A DNA stretch of 63,711 bases, filler included, from Phoronis australis (GCA_002633005.1; 10 parts of 10 records of this genome joined end to end with filler, not necessarily neighbours in it); one strand, 5' to 3'. Shown: positions 13,482-27,999, numbered from the whole stretch's first letter. Program-made: numbers and translations. Notes: generated by a model from the sequence alone, not told the origin.

Positions 13482-16316
13482 NNNNNNNNNNNNNNNNNNN
13501 NNNNNNNNNNNNNNNNNNNNNNNNNTTAATTAATTAANNNNNNNNNNNNNNNNNNNNNNNNNNNNNNNNNNNNNNNNNNNNGCCTGGTACATACCGAGGG
13601 AACTTGTGCCATGTGGTAAAACGTTATTGTTAACATATGTTTTGGAAAAAATAAATGGTTTAACGAGATAATGAATCGTTACAATTGTGTTTTTAGCATC
13701 TAACGTCAATGTATAATACAGAATTACTTTTACATAACCATTTAAAATGTTAAAGATTTTGGATTTCCTATATAGTTAAGGTTAAGAATAGATGCCTTCA
13801 TGATGTTCTTTGCACACTTGTTGCTTGGATAACACTGTCACTGATGGTGTTACTCTATCAAAAATTAATGGGAAATTGTGACAGTAAAATCACCCATGAA
13901 AATCTTATTTAAATAAATCAGATTTGGATTTCCGACTCTGTCTCAATTTTTGTACTTCAGGGTGATGTAGAAGGGCTGTTGGCTTTCTTGTTAATTCCAG
14001 GTTGACGTGTCTCTTGGGAGGCATTTTTATTTAGTGCATCTGCATTGAATAAATATATCTTTTTGATTATTTTTGGCAGCTTTCCCAGATTTTTGTAAAA
14101 TTTCCAGGCTCAGATTTGGAAATTCTGGGTATTAGACAAGGCATAAAAATTTGTGCTGTGAAACCTGTTATGATACGAATAGATGTTATTGAAAGTATTT
14201 TTTCAGCATTAAACTCACCATTCTAACACAATGTGTCCTTTGTTGATTACTACAATTGCCACGTTGGAAGCTAATTTCTTGTTTTAGGAGCTAATACCTT
14301 GTTTTGCAAGTGTTTCACACCATCACTTGTTGATGTCAGAGCCTCAGGGTCAGCATACATGTACACTACTGCATAACTAGGACCCCAATGGAAAAGGGGG
14401 GGGGGCTCAGACCCCAGATCGTGGCGGGCTGTCGTTCCCGTTTCTTTATTTTTTAAATTTCTTTTAGGCGATAGATTTCACGAACAAAAGGTTCATACTG
14501 CGGGCGCCCGCAACTTTCGGGATGCCTGTACACACAACCACGCTCTGCTGCGCAGTTTCCCAAGGCAACATGTTGGGGCCCCCCTTCTGGTCCCTGATCC
14601 GCCACTAGAACAGTACTACAAAACATCACGACTAGTTTCTTCATCATCAGTATCATCATCACTAATGTCTCGCAAAAAATTGTTGCTGTTCTGGTATTGT
14701 AATTAGTGCACGGCAAAGATCTACCAAAGTTTGGTGAACTACAGGGCTAATAAGCAAACAAACTGCAGTTCAGTGTGGGAACGTCAATAGCGCAATTAGT
14801 TGACCTGTCAACTGTGCTTCTTCTGCTACTTTTATTTTAATCGCACACTTAACTTTTTATGTTCACTTAGTGGTAACTAAACCATTTCAATGACGTTCTT
14901 CGTTTTAAAATTTCTCCGTTTTTCTGTGGTTTATTTGACGCGAATAGGAACTGATATGATCTTGCAAGATCCAGCCTCATCACCCGTTTTTCGTGGTATT
15001 TTGTAAATGTGATGTGCCATATGTGAAAGACTAGTCGCCAACCGCTTAGAGCGACGTCTTTCGTGAAAATTAGGGAAATGTGCTTCGTCTATGTCCGGTC
15101 ATACCAAATAAGGAGACGTGGTTTGCCCTGTGGGAGAAAAATAGACGAAGTGACGATCAGTTGCAGATCGTTTTTTCTTAATTTTGAAACTGAAAGAAAA
15201 ATGCCTTGACATCAGCTGAATTTCAAAAAATCATTGAAGAAAAAACATAAAAATATCTGACGAACAATTTGACTTCTGTTTCGGTGGTCAAAACAATCAC
15301 AAAATACTCAAACTCTTGAGGAAGAAACTTCAAAATCCGTTTTGGCGTACCAATGAGTACGTAAGTAGCCGCCAGTTATAATAAATCACAATTGTTACAG
15401 TTACATCCTTGGACTTCAAAAGAGTCGTAGTCAGTAATAAATGGCTAATTGTTTAAGAAACGTGGTTTTCGAGATCTTTTGCAGGTGAATTTGTATTTTG
15501 TACGTGGTATTGTTATTAAGCTTGCGCCAATATTGAACTGAGTGTTTGTTCGACAATTGTGACCAAACCAAACACAAGAGAAAGGACCATTGTATTGATC
15601 GCACGTTCAAGTTCAATGTGACATGATGACGCTTCAGATAATTTACGTTTAGCCACTCGGGTGGTATGACTCTCTAATGACGCAATATATACCATCGATC
15701 ACTTTGGGGTCAGCTTCTCTAATTACTTCGACCAGGAAACTCATTCTTTTCATATACAAAAATGTAAACAGCTTCAACAGCTCAATGTTTATAAATACGT
15801 GTACTGTACCACGATGTGAGAATATTTGAGGCGCGAGTTGGTTGCGTTTTACAAACCCCCTTAAAGTATTGCGCGGACTTCCCTTTCTCTCCTCACTACT
15901 CCATTTTTGTTCCATACAGTGTAGACTCACTATAGGCTCTTATCTCATCACTCAGCCTCAAACCATAAACTTAACCAAACACTCAGCAAGATTTAAGGAC
16001 AAGTATGACTGTTCTCAAGTTTTAGTATCAAGCAATGGGTGGTGATTTTTGAGTCCGTCTTTGACCACAGAACTGAACCCCGGGGCCTTCATGAATATAC
16101 TTCTCTATGTTTATATATTTGGTCTGCGTAATGTTATTCCTCCCCGATTTATTACAACGATTGCATGTTTCGTAACAACTGTCGTTTTGGGGTCGAGATT
16201 ATTGTGACGTCACACATCCCCACCCGGTCCTTTTTGTCACAACCTCGTAATAATTTAGAACATTGTAACAAGTCAATGTCGTGTGTAGAGAACCCGAATA
16301 AAATTAGTTAATAAAC

Positions 16317-16577
16317 CATGCGCGCACCCAGCCTGGAAATTGGGGGGCTCGAAAATCTTCCGCTGTGGACCTGTTGCTGACAAAATATCGGGAGGACTAA
16401 AAAAAGAAAAAAGAAACGGGGTACCACCTTCAGAACTGTGCGTCTGCGTCTTTTTTAGTAGACTTTTGTCTCGTTTTCTCAGACTTTTTGTTTCTCTGAG
16501 GCGGACCTTTTGCCCACTTCACCAAATGGGGGGCTTAATTGAGCCCCCCGAGCCCCCCCCCCCTGGGTGCGCACATG
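16317..16577. mobile_element. GC-rich MITE (CA..TG termini, hAT-like)
   Basis: TIRs catgcgcgcacccag / ctgggtgcgcacatg; similar G/C-run elements at ~4555-4775, 22483-22617, 45232, 48340-48472, 63668-end. Confidence 0.6.
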
Positions 16578-17539
16578 TAAATTGAATAACTTTACCATTT
16601 TGTAACAGATACGTTTTACTGAAGGCAAGNNNNNNNNNNNNNNNNNNNNNNNNNNNNNNNNNNNNNNNNNNNNTTAATTAATTAANNNNNNNNNNNNNNN
16701 NNNNNNNNNNNNNNNNNNNNNNNNNNNNNACGTAAAATATTGAGTATTTACATACCCACCTACGTCAACGAAGTGAGGATATGGCGGGAAAAACAAAATC
16801 TTTTAACAAAGGTACCCTTTTAATGTAACGTTAGAATATCAACTTCTGTTACCCTATGGCCAGGCTCCACTGATCGAGTCAGCAAAGTGGAGAGCGACAC
16901 TTGAGACTAAACAAAGAACTTAATTGTATGAAAGAAAGGTAAAACAATTCCATATTTAATGTAATCATGAAAAAAATAAATTCTGCCCTCCCCCCGAGGT
17001 CACAGTGTTTTTACATCCACCCCCGAGTCGATTTTTTTCTACCCCGGCTGAAAATAATATAACAAAGGTCCTATCCCGGGTAGCCGTCACTTCCATTTTC
17101 CCCGGAGGCAATTACAGCATTTCTGCCCCAGTTTGACGGCTCATATGGCTCTGTTGCCTTGTGCAACATTCCATTAAGCGCTGTGTGTTCGATAGGGGTC
17201 TGGTGAGGGTGATAGGACCGTCGACAATTCGTCATGGTCAGCGCTCCCACAATCAAAATGTTGAGGGGCGGACATAAGCTCTCCCCAATATTCCGGCTGT
17301 TAGTAAGTAACAATTACTCAACAATTAATTACAGTAAATTTCCGGAAATATGCCCATCCAAAAGTACGTCCATGATCGTGTTTTCGAAAAAAAATTCAAA
17401 CAGTACGCCAATAAGCGTATTAAATTTCAGTAATTGTTTAAATGTTTTGAAGATCTGATGGATTGTTTTGAAATACGCATGTAACATGTTCTGATGTATA
17501 GAAATTTATTTGCAAGACATTGTGGAATCGCGAGATTTC

Positions 17540-17870
17540 ACAAACTTGCGATCTTTATCTTTAGGTTCCTGTTCTTTTTCTTACTCCAGACGTCGACTAT
17601 GGCGTCAGCGCTTATTTTCCGTCAAATCCTTTTCAGTTGCAAGAACAATCAGGTCGTCAAGTCTTTCTCCATTCATAGATGAACAGGGGCAATTTTTGAT
17701 AATTTTCATTTTGCTGAAAGTTCTCTCGTCTTCTACCACACTAACAAAGGCCGCCCGTGAAAAGCAGCCTAGCAGCTTTGCAGATGCACGGGAAGATCCC
17801 TTTATTCTTGAAAGCGAAGTTACACACGCTGCTAACTGTCAAGAGGTGACTCCATGGACGTACACAGATT
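17540..17870 (-). mobile_element. hAT (Tip100/ZMYM1-like) transposase C-terminal dimerisation-domain relic
   Basis: Minus strand: KGIFPCICKAARLLFT / VSVVEDERTFSKMKIIKN..SSMNGERLDDLIVLATEKDL / ADAIVDVWSKKKNR, matching the ERSFSKLKLIK..RSTM..ERL..L..L..E motif; frameshifted. Confidence 0.8.
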
Positions 17871-18235
17871 GATGAAGATATCATACCCAGCTTCCATGTT
17901 TGCTTTGTCGATACTAACAGATGGCTGGAAGAGCTCGCAAAGTGCCAAGAATTCCACGTACGTATTCAGAAAATTCGAGTTTCACTAAATTAAACAAGAG
18001 TGGAGTATAGTAACAAATTTAATGATTTTCAGACATCATTTAACATAAACAGAGTTCTATTAACCGTGATTTCATTAACAGTGAATAATTGCAGCAAAAA
18101 ATGCTCTAGCGCAAAATACAGTAGTTCCTCATACTGTAATAAGTGGGCATGTGTGAAATACAAGAACTACAAAACCAGAAACGTTTCAAAAACCAGTTCA
18201 CTAAGTGACACAAATACAATGTGGTGAAAAATAAA

Positions 18236-19438
18236 TTAGGCTAATAACAAATTCATACATGCATCTTTCACAGTCTATGACAATATGTGAGAAGTGAGGG
18301 ATCGAAATAGAATGTATATACAGAGATAGCACTAATTACAAAATCATGAAACATACCCCAAGAAAAGTGATTACATGGTGAGGATTTTCAACTGTTCAAA
18401 ATATAAATTTAAAAGTCAGAGTTTCATTTTTGTTGACAATCATAGCAAGAGTAAAATCTATACACTTCATGGCGCGAACAAGTTTCAGTAAAAGTAACCT
18501 TAAGTACAATTTGCTAATACGAGGTGGAATTAAGAAAACTTAGGCATTTGATTACAAAATTATTCACTTTCCTTTAATTCGAAGCTACCTCATACATTTA
18601 TCTGTGCTTCACCTCTTTAGCTGCATCTGCTCGCTTAACTTCAGGCAAATAGTCCGTGGTTTGTGACTACAAACACGCGTTTCTGAGATCNGTCAGTTGG
18701 CGAGGTTTCGCCCTGGGATTTCAGCACAATTTTCTGTAAAATGATCGTAATTTAGCAGCAAAGTTTGCTAGCAATGCACCACAGTTTTGTTGAAAGTCTT
18801 TCCTTAGATTACAGATACATCACAGAGCGTAAATTTGATGAATCTTAGCTTCCGATTTCACCCGTTTCGGAGACCGGGTTTCAACCGCCCTGGGTTACAA
18901 TAAGTGCCCCCCTGAACCGAACTTTTCTAAGCGCCCTGGGCGGTTATTACGGCGAATACGGGGTAGGCTAATAACATATTCATACATGCATCTTTCACAG
19001 TCTATGACAGTATGTGAGAAGTGAGGGATAAGTCGAAATAGAATGTATATACAGAAATAGCACTAATTACAAAATCATGAAACATACCCCAAGAAAAGTG
19101 ATTACATGGTCAGGATTTTCAACTGTTCAAAATATAAATTTAAAAGTCAGAGTTTCATTTTTGTTGACAATCATAGCAACAGTAAAATCTATACACTTCA
19201 TGGCGCGAACAAGTTTCAGTAAAAGTAACCCTAAGTACAATTTGCTAATACGAGGTGGAATTTAGAAAACTTAGGCATTTGATTACAAAATTATTCGCTT
19301 TCCTTTAATTCGAAGCTACCTCATACATTTATCTGTGCTTCACCTCAAACCACTTAATCTTCTTTAGCTGCATCTGCTCGCTTAACTTCAGGCAAATAGT
19401 CCGTGGTTTGTGACTACAAACACGCGTTTCTGAGATCA
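18236..19438 (+). repeat. ~460-bp direct duplication (18236-18690, 18964-19438) separated by a MITE fragment
   Basis: taggctaataaca...cgcgtttctgagatc repeated; single N at 18691 marks the junction. Confidence 0.85.
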
Positions 19439-22400
19439 GATAACTGAATTCACAGGTCAGCAGGTTCATGAGCTGCAGTTCATAAGTGCGTACGTTGAGT
19501 TGTCTTTGTAGCCGTCCTTATACAACAATTGTTAAAGCCACACTCTGGAATAAAGACAACAAAATGTACTAACAGACGGTAAAAGCTATCAGTATAAGAC
19601 AAGTTAACTTGCTGGATATTTTTTGTACTGTTTATACCACATTAATTTGTAAAACTCGCATGCACTTACTGATGTACATATACAGAGCCTACAAACTAGT
19701 CTTCGAATTCAGATTCAAAACTTAACCAATCACTTTCAACGATTCAAGTACAAGTGTGCAAGTATACTCCAAGCATGCACTGCAATGGGTCACCTTTTCA
19801 ATTGTTTTGAATGGAGTTTAACCCTGGATACACTGCTACGACATTCAAAACAAATTTATTTTACACGACTTGAGTACAAAATATGCACATGTTAACCTAC
19901 CATCGAATCACAAGGTAGAGCAAACCGTGTATATAACAAAACCTAATGTGCTAATAAAAGTTGGACTTCAGTCTAACCAGATAACATATTTTGTAACTTT
20001 TTATTTCAAGTTGTATGACAATTTAAAACTATAGACTAAGATGATCAGGTGATGAAACTGTTGGAAAGTGCGCTAAACTTCAATTCCCATTATTTTTATG
20101 AACATTTATTTGCTTACGTATTTGGACTCATAAGGCAATGTAAAACTCTACATAATGAGCAGTGCTAGTTGTATTTCTAACTAGCGATCTCGAGCAAAGC
20201 CCTGAAATGTCCCCTTACTAATGTTAAATGGAGATTCAGGCACAACCAGGGTTAGAACTGGAAGTTTAATCTCACAAGCATACTTTTGCGTATACATTTT
20301 GAAACTTATAGCAGAACCATTGGCTTGAGCAAATGGCTACAAAAATTTGTGAGCTTGTTACAACATACAAGCACAATGGCAAAACCAAGGACATTTTTCA
20401 TCTTGTTTCAAATTCAAACCCTGATAGCAGCACTATTTTAACTAATCGGTGAAACATATAAAGCCGTCTACCTGCAATGTGGGTAGACAGCCCATTATAC
20501 CACCACTGATGTGATTATTTTGAAGCGTATGTTTGGATATCTTCACTTCCAAGTACTTGGCCAAGTTAATTGAGCCCTCATGAAAACAATGAGGAGATAT
20601 TATCTAACATAACAGAAGTTTCATAAGAATCCAGATATAGCGAATTTACAGAGAAAGTTATCCATGTGAAGGTATTGGAATGGTCTTCATGAGGGGTCTT
20701 ACGTAACCATAATAGTTTACAGTAACAATAAAAATTAATATCTCCTGTACAGTAAAAATAAAAATTACTATCTCATGTACTCTGACCAATCACTTTCACT
20801 GCCGGCTGACATTTGCAAAGATGTTAGATTGAGGTTCCATCCAAGTTTCTTGAGGGAAAAGGAACATGCTCTTCCCGACATGGGAAGGTCATTCCAGTCA
20901 GCAATTCAACCTACAGTGTAGGTCAAATTGCACCAAGACTAACAATCACTTTCCTCATGACACTGGATGCACTGGTTATAATAAAACCAGTCGAACTTTA
21001 TTTTGCATTAAATCTGAAGTATTTAACTTTGAATACCGCCAACTTCCGCTACAAAGTAATATTCCACAGCCCGGTAACACTTCGAAATCATTTACTCAGC
21101 CCTCAGATATTGTTTAGTGTATCTGAGCTCAGCTCCTCAGTCAGATTTTCCTTACTTGCATTGATGAATAATTCGGTCCCATTAGATCCGCGTTACGCAA
21201 GTTTTACTGTGCGTAACAATAGTTTAACTGTTGACTGGTGTTGACTTGGATACATTGTAACCTATATTCCGGGGTACTCCATTTAGGGTACAAGTAGCCG
21301 CGGATGTCCCCACCCCTTGCATTGATGCTCATTGACACAACCTAAAAACCACAAAAATATATATACAATAGAGTACTAGCCTTATGTGAACGTTAGGATA
21401 TGGGCAGCCATTCATGCAAAAAATATTAAATTGCATATTCAATTCCATTTAATAAACTCAATGGCAATTGTACGACAAATCAATCCTATCTTGAGCATTC
21501 AATGCTATAACACCAATGCAATCCACACTCGTCGATTCCATATCGTGAACTCAATGCTGTTTTGTATATTCTATCCTGTTTTGTAAATTCAACGTTGTTT
21601 AATCGATTCTGTTTCGTCGTTCTTATAGCGTTGTGAATTCAATTCAGTTTCATCCATTCTGTTTCGTCAATCCTGCCGGCCTATTGACACAACTAGTATA
21701 GGCACGGCGTGCGCATGTGCATGAGTGAGCATGCACATGTGCTCTTTGGCGATAACCTCAAGCTGGACATGTCGACAAGGCTACTTAATCACGAAATGGA
21801 AACTTTAAGAACATGTCTTCAAGAAACGCAACAGTTCGATGACGGTTTCCTGTCAAGAGCATTTGCTTCGGAGAATGTTGGATGTTCCTGGGCTAGGGCT
21901 TCGCCCTTGTCGCACGCAGCCTATTGAGGGATGCAAGTGACCCTAGTGACCATATCACAGTGATACTACTGGCCTGAACGCCCGGCGTGCGTTCAGCAGA
22001 AGCTAGGACCTACGCTAGGACCTTTGAATTCACAAAATAGGTTAGTAACAAAATGGTGGCAAATTCTTAAGCCCCTAGACGTCACTTCCGGAGTAGGGCG
22101 CGACTAATTAATAAAATTACGAGAAGCTGTAATTAACTGAAATATATGTCTGGGATAATCAACGAACCATATTTTTGTAAAAATGACATGAAAAAAGTTT
22201 CCTTGTCCTTTAAGAAACGTTTTATATAAATTTAAATTGCATACGACGCTGGCGATGATAACTCATAAATCCAACATTAGTTAGTTGATTTTATACAAAC
22301 CTAACTCAATAAGTCCACAACCATACGGGATGTACCGGTAATTTAATAAGCTAATTAATAATGTATGATGTTCTTTATATTCACATATTTCAAATCCTAT

Positions 22401-23049
22401 TGATTATGAAACAATGCATTACCTCGACTCCACGTTAACCGACCTCTTGTCCGTGACACCTGCTTCGTGGACATTCAGTAGGCATGGGCGGCGCACCATA
22501 GGGGGCTTTAGCCCCCACTTTTTTCAGTGCTGCGCAGCCCATGGTCTATAGATGGAGCACCACAGAGGGGCTGGGGGGCTTTAGCACACTACTTTTTTCA
22601 GTGCTGCGCCGCCCAGGTAATTGTCAGACCAGGTTGATCAGCCGGAGTCGCATTTTGAATAAAAGGCGCGTGAGAGTTAGTGTACCANNNNNNNNNNNNN
22701 NNNNNNNNNNNNNNNNNNNNNNNNNNNNNNNTTAATTAATTAANNNNNNNNNNNNNNNNNNNNNNNNNNNNNNNNNNNNNNNNNNNNCCAATACAGTATA
22801 CAGCTTTCCACCAAGGCTAGGTGATGCAAGACATTATTACTTGTTCTTTGTTGCATTATAGTTACTGGTCTTGGCTAATTATCATTTTATGGCCTGGTCA
22901 TCCATTCAGCCTTAAGTAGTTCCAGAGGTGGCTTATCAGCCAATTATTCACGCATGCTGACTCACAATAGAAGCCTGATAAGAGTGCAGCTGAAGGTGGA
23001 TAAATGCGGTGTTCCTACAGTTTCTTGTTTTAGTGGATGTGTTCACGAC

Positions 23050-24240
23050 ATGAACAAAACTGCCACTAGAAGGCGCCTGAGTAGTTGAAGTCCTCGAAAA
23101 ATCATCATAAGCTACCATAGTAAGAACATACATGCCAAATTCCACAATCATCCTTAGAGCAGTCTGGTTGATAGAGGGCGAACGCCAATAAACAGAATCC
23201 AAAACAATAAAAATGGTCACTAGGTGGCGCAAACTACATCAAGTCCATCCGAAAATGCGATGATAGTGTCATCTCACAAACAGATGCCTACTTGCCAAAT
23301 TTTATGACAAGAGCAACGTGGAGTGTTGAAATGCGCCCACAAATGCATTGCAAATGGTCTGCTTTTAGGGTTACTTATTTGTATCATAAAAATGGCCACT
23401 AGATGGCGCAAAAACATGTAATCCATCCAAAAACGGGAACATTCCACATTTCATAAAAATCTGTCAAGGAACTTCAGAGAAACAAAGGAAAACAGAATAA
23501 CATGAAACTGCCACTAGTGGGCACAGTGTCCGTTGGATCCACCTGAAAGTCGTCGTCGTCTGTTGTTATCTTCAAATTTATACACTTATTAAATTCAATA
23601 AAGATCCTGCAGTGGGTTTAGGAGATACAACTATGGGCCAAAACAAAACTACCCCTAGGAGGCGCCACAGTAATCAGTCACCATCATCAAAGGTCGTCTT
23701 CACACTGGGAACATATATGCCAATTTTCAAATGATTTGGTTGATACAGGGATGGACACCAAAAATAAGATTTGAAAACAGCAAAAGTGGCCACTAGGTGG
23801 TGCAAAATACCTACATATTTAAAATTTAAAAAAACCTGTTGAGGACTTTTGGAGATAGAGTTAAACGTAAAAAACTAAAATTACCACCAGGGGGCACAGC
23901 AGTAGTCAGATATGTCCGAAATACGTCGTCGTCCATAGTCAACATAATTTTCACCATCATCCTTAGAGCGGTTTGGTTGATAGAGGGGTGGATGCCAAAA
24001 AACAGGCTCGAAAACAGTAAAAATGGCCACTAGGTGGCGCAAACTACCTCGAATCCATCGGAAAACGAGAGGACAGTGTCATCTCACTAAGAGATGCTTA
24101 AATGCCAAATTTTATGATAAGAATTGAGGACCTTAAGTTTGAAGATACACTGGTAAGCGTAAAAAACGTAAATTATGCGGTAGTCGCATTTGTCCGAAAG
24201 TTCGCTCATGCCGTCCTATCCACGAAAGGAACATATATGC
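23050..24240 (+). mobile_element. Helentron-associated non-autonomous element (HINE/DINE-like) with tandem core repeats; 5' part of the copy interrupted by two LTR elements
   Basis: 5' end acaagagcaacgtggagtgttgaaatgcgcccac at 23307 (a partial related copy precedes it); homologous to 46532-47812(-) and 53157-54743(+); continues at 30274-30284 and 36399-36460 including (gacg)n microsatellite. Confidence 0.7.
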
Positions 24241-24938
24241 TGTCAGAATATAGTCTGACAGTATTATTAGTTGTATTGTTTTGTTTTGTTATTCAGTTTG
24301 ATTCGCATGACCCCTGAGTTAAGTACAATGATGAAGTAATTTGTTTACTACAGAATAGTATGGAACTTTCTAGAAGACTCTAGCATGACAGTGATTGATG
24401 AAGTCTGGAATATTCTAGAGACTAGTACATGTTTGCAAAATGATTGGGTAGGTTCCAGAAAGTTCTGGTATGTGCTTGAATTGATGAAAAGTTCTAGAAC
24501 AACACATTAGGCTATAAATACACAAGCACGGGTTTGGGTTAGTGAGTTGAGTCCAAGGAGATCAAGTCAGTTCAAGAGAAGCTCAAGTCAGTTCAAGAAA
24601 GTTAATCAGGAGAATTACAGTTGAGTTGCAGTGATAATCAGCAGTTACAGCGATAGTCAATAGAGAGCCAGCTATAGAGACAGCAGGTTATTGAATCAAC
24701 GAATGTAACAGTTGCTGAACGTGTCTCAGAAGTTCATCACAAGTCAAGGCTTCGCAGCACTGGCTGGAGCATAAACAGACATTACGTCGGACGTTTTGTT
24801 TGAGTAGGCTTGTGAACGTACGGTCCGGATTAATAAAGGATTAACTTGAACCAGTCTTCAGTCAATCTTCGCACCGAAAGCTATTAGCACCGGTCTGTAA
24901 CAACCTGGGCCCACCAACACACGGGGAAAAACGTGACA
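24241..24938 (+). repeat. 5' LTR of element 1 (698 bp)
   Basis: Direct repeat of 29508-30268; TATA-like ctataaata at ~24512, aataaa at ~24832. Confidence 0.95.
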
Positions 24939-24940
24939 AT

Positions 24941-24958
24941 TGGCGAGCACGCCAGTAG
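24941..24958 (+). promoter_or_regulatory. Primer binding site, probably tRNA-Arg(ACG)
   Basis: tggcgagcacgccagtag 2 nt after LTR; resembles complement of tRNA-Arg(ACG) 3' end (TGGCGAGCCAGCCAGGAG). Confidence 0.7.
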
Positions 24959-25013
24959 CTTACTGACGGTAACAAGGTGTGATAAAGTGGACTGTTGGAA
25001 TTAGCGACTCAAT

Positions 25014-26670
25014 ATGGAGACAAGATCTCAACTAAGAGACTTGATGGCCCTCGGGCAAGAAATGGGTCTGCAGGGAGACAATCTCAGACAGTTTGTTGAA
25101 AAACAACAAGCTGAAGTGCGTGCTCAGGCTGAGGCTGAGGCTGAGGAGAGAAGACAAGCTCGTGAGGCTGAAGAAAGGGCGCGAGAGGCTGAACAGCACA
25201 TGGAGAGAGAAAGAATGGAACACGAGAGGGCGCTAGCAGCACTGAAAGCTGAACAGGTTGCAGCGGAGGGTAGCCATGTTAGATCAACTGGTGGTGTAAA
25301 GCCGAAGCTACCTAAGTTTGACGAAAAGCAGGACGATATGGACAACTTCCTGGAAAGGTTTGAAAGATACGCAGAGAGTCAGGGTTGGACACAGAGTGAA
25401 TGGGCAATAAGTCTCAGTCCCCTGTTAACAGGTAAGGGCCTGCAGGTTTATACTAGCCTTCCTATGGCTGATGCACTAGACTATGCTACACTCAAAAGAG
25501 CCTTGCTAAAGCGCTATGAGCTGACTGAAGAGGGTTTTCGCAGACAGTTCCGGGAAGCGAGGGCCGAAAAGGGCGAGACAGCATACCAGTTTGTTGCCCG
25601 CATACAGCGCTACCTGGACAGGTGGATCGATATGTCCGACTGTGGCAAAGACTTTGCCGAGTTGAGAGACCTGTTAGTGCGTGAGCAGTACGTTAACNGC
25701 AGTACGTTAACACTTGTACTAAGGACTTGGCCTTGTTCCTGCGAGAGCGGACACCCAAGACTGTTCCAGAGATGTTGAGCTTAGCAGAGAGATATATTGA
25801 GGCCCATGGAGTGGATATAATGAGCACCCAGTGGAAAAAGTCCCAAGAGCGACCAGTCAAGACACTGACAACCAGAGAGTCGATCAGAAGGAAAATGACC
25901 TCGCACAGGAAAGGTGTTTCTTCAGTCACAAAACTGGACACCTGGCTAGAGAATGTCGGAAGCGGACACAAGGGATGCAACACCAAAAGTCAGCAGCGGT
26001 CAACCACCGAGGTTCCCAGAGCAAAGAGGATTCGGTGAAGCGCGCTAATCCTGAACGCGCGTTCAAAGGAATGCTGTGTCTGAAGGAGGGGTATGTCGGC
26101 ACGAAGAAGGTCTCGGTATTGAGAGACACAGGCTGCACAACCATTGTGGTTCGGTCAAGTCTAGTTGAACCAGGAGATATGACCTGCCGGAAGTGGTCAT
26201 GCGAGTTGGCGGACTCTACCAAGAGATGGCTGCCTGTCGCAAAGATCAACATCAAGACACCGTACTACACAGGAGAAGTGTTTGCGATGTGCATGGAGCG
26301 TCCAGTGGCCGATTTGATTATCGGGAACGTACCTGATGCCTTGAACCCAGGAGATGTTGAGCGACAGCAGAGAGCAACAACTGCCAACGAGGATAGTACA
26401 GGCAATAGCCTTGTGGAGAGTCCGAAAGATGACTCTCAAGAGGGTACTACTTCTCAAGAGAAGAAGCAAGTGACCTCAACTCTAGAGGGAGGAGAGGTGG
26501 CCGACATGTCGGTAAAAACAGATCCTGATGAATCCAGCAGGGAAGCGGTAGCAGTGACTACCAGGGCTCAAGCAGAGCAACAAAAGGCAGACATTAAACC
26601 GTTAGCTGTGTCTCCAACCATACAACAGGTGGGACTAAAGCAGTTCAAAGAAGCCCAGCATGAAGATTAA
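25014..26670 (+). pseudogene. gag: Element 1 gag (coiled coil, SCAN-like capsid, degenerate zinc knuckle) plus aspartic protease, frameshifted
   Basis: KLPKFDEKQDDMDNFLERFER...FRRQFR...DLLVREQY...LFLRERTPKT...LAERY; CFFSHKTGHLAREC; protease LRDTGCT. Confidence 0.9.
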
Positions 26671-26673
26671 TCA

Positions 26674-27990
26674 ATGAAAAAGTTATGGGAGCAAGCTGAA
26701 GCCAAAGTTAAGCGACAGACCAAAGGCAAGGGGTCATATGTGATGGAGATTCAGAGAGGAATACTCAATCGGATATTCAAGAAGAGAGATGGTGACGAGA
26801 TGAAACAAGTTGTCGTGCCGAGTAGTTTACGGAAGTCCGTGATGAGGCTCTCTCATGAGTCTATACTCGGTGGACACCTCGGTGTTAGGAAGACAACTGA
26901 CCGCATCACCAGCAATTTCTATTGGCCAGGAGTGGCATCAGAAGTGACCAGATTCTGCTCATCATGCGACATCTGTCAGAAGACAATCCCAAAAGGTCGA
27001 GTGACCAAGGTAACCCTGGGAGAGATGCCTTTGATGGAGGAGCCTTTCAAAAGGATCGCGATCGATCTGATTGGCCCTATAGCTCCAGTTTCCGACAAAG
27101 GGAACAGATACATTCTCACAGTGGTAGATTTCGCTACCAGGTATCCAGAAGCAGTGGCGCTACCGAAGATTCAGACAGAGCGTTTGGCTGAAGCATTATT
27201 AGAAGTCTTCAGTAGAGTAGGGTTCCCACGAGAGATCCTGAGTGATCGTGGAACGCAGTTCACAGCGGAACTGATGAAGGAGGTCAGCAGGCTTGTGAGT
27301 GCAAAGCAGCTGTACACGACCCCTTACAATCCATGCTGTAACGGGCTCTGTGAGAGAATCAACGATGTTCTAAAGGCCATGCTGAAGAAAATGTGTCAAG
27401 AAAGATCAAAGGATTGGGACCGGTATCTGCCAGCTGTCCTATTTGCTTACCGAGAAGTCCCGCAATCAAGCACAGGATTTTCACCCTTTGAGTTGTTATA
27501 CGGCAGGACAATAAAAGGTCCTATGCAAATACTGAGCGAACTCTGGACAGGAGAAGACAGCAACGACGTCCGTAATACTTACCAGTATGTCTTCGAGCTC
27601 AGGAACCACTTAGAGGAGACCTGCGAGTTGGCTAGAAAAAACTTGTATGATGCACAGGGTATTCACAAGCATTACTATGACAAAAAGGCCAGGGATAGGC
27701 AGTTTCAAGTGGGACAAAGAGTGTTGGTATTACTTCCCACAGATCATAACAAGCTTACTCTGCAGTGGAAGGGGCCTTACGAAGTCACGGAAAAAGTCAA
27801 TCGTATGGACTACAGAATCAACATGAACAGCAAGATTAAGATCTTCCATGCCAATCTTTTCAAGGCGTATCACGAACGCGAAGCTGACAACACCACAGGT
27901 AAAGATGAAGCGATCGGTGTGGTGTTAATTGAAGAGTGTGTGACTGACGAAGCGACCCTTCTTGATGAAGGCGGTTTAGAGTTTCGACCG
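26674..27990 (+). CDS. pol: Element 1 integrase (HHCC, DDE, GPY/F)
   Basis: H..GGH..C..C; IDLIGP (D), SDRGTQF (D), GLCERIN (E); WKGPYEV; located upstream of RT; preceded by in-frame TAA at 26668. Confidence 0.93.
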
Positions 27991-27999
27991 GAGGTTCAC

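Noticed and set aside
15010-15362. CAIC...VVC zinc-finger-like remnant ending at a splice donor
   Set aside because: Too many stops to assign a family.
21200-21341. Minus-strand acceptor (gtttttag) and short open frame
   Set aside because: No recognisable protein and no partner exon found.
25685-25711. Frameshift in element 1 gag
   Set aside because: Caused by a 13-bp duplication (gcagtacgttaac) around a single N, most likely a gap-closing artefact; other lesions still inactivate the element.
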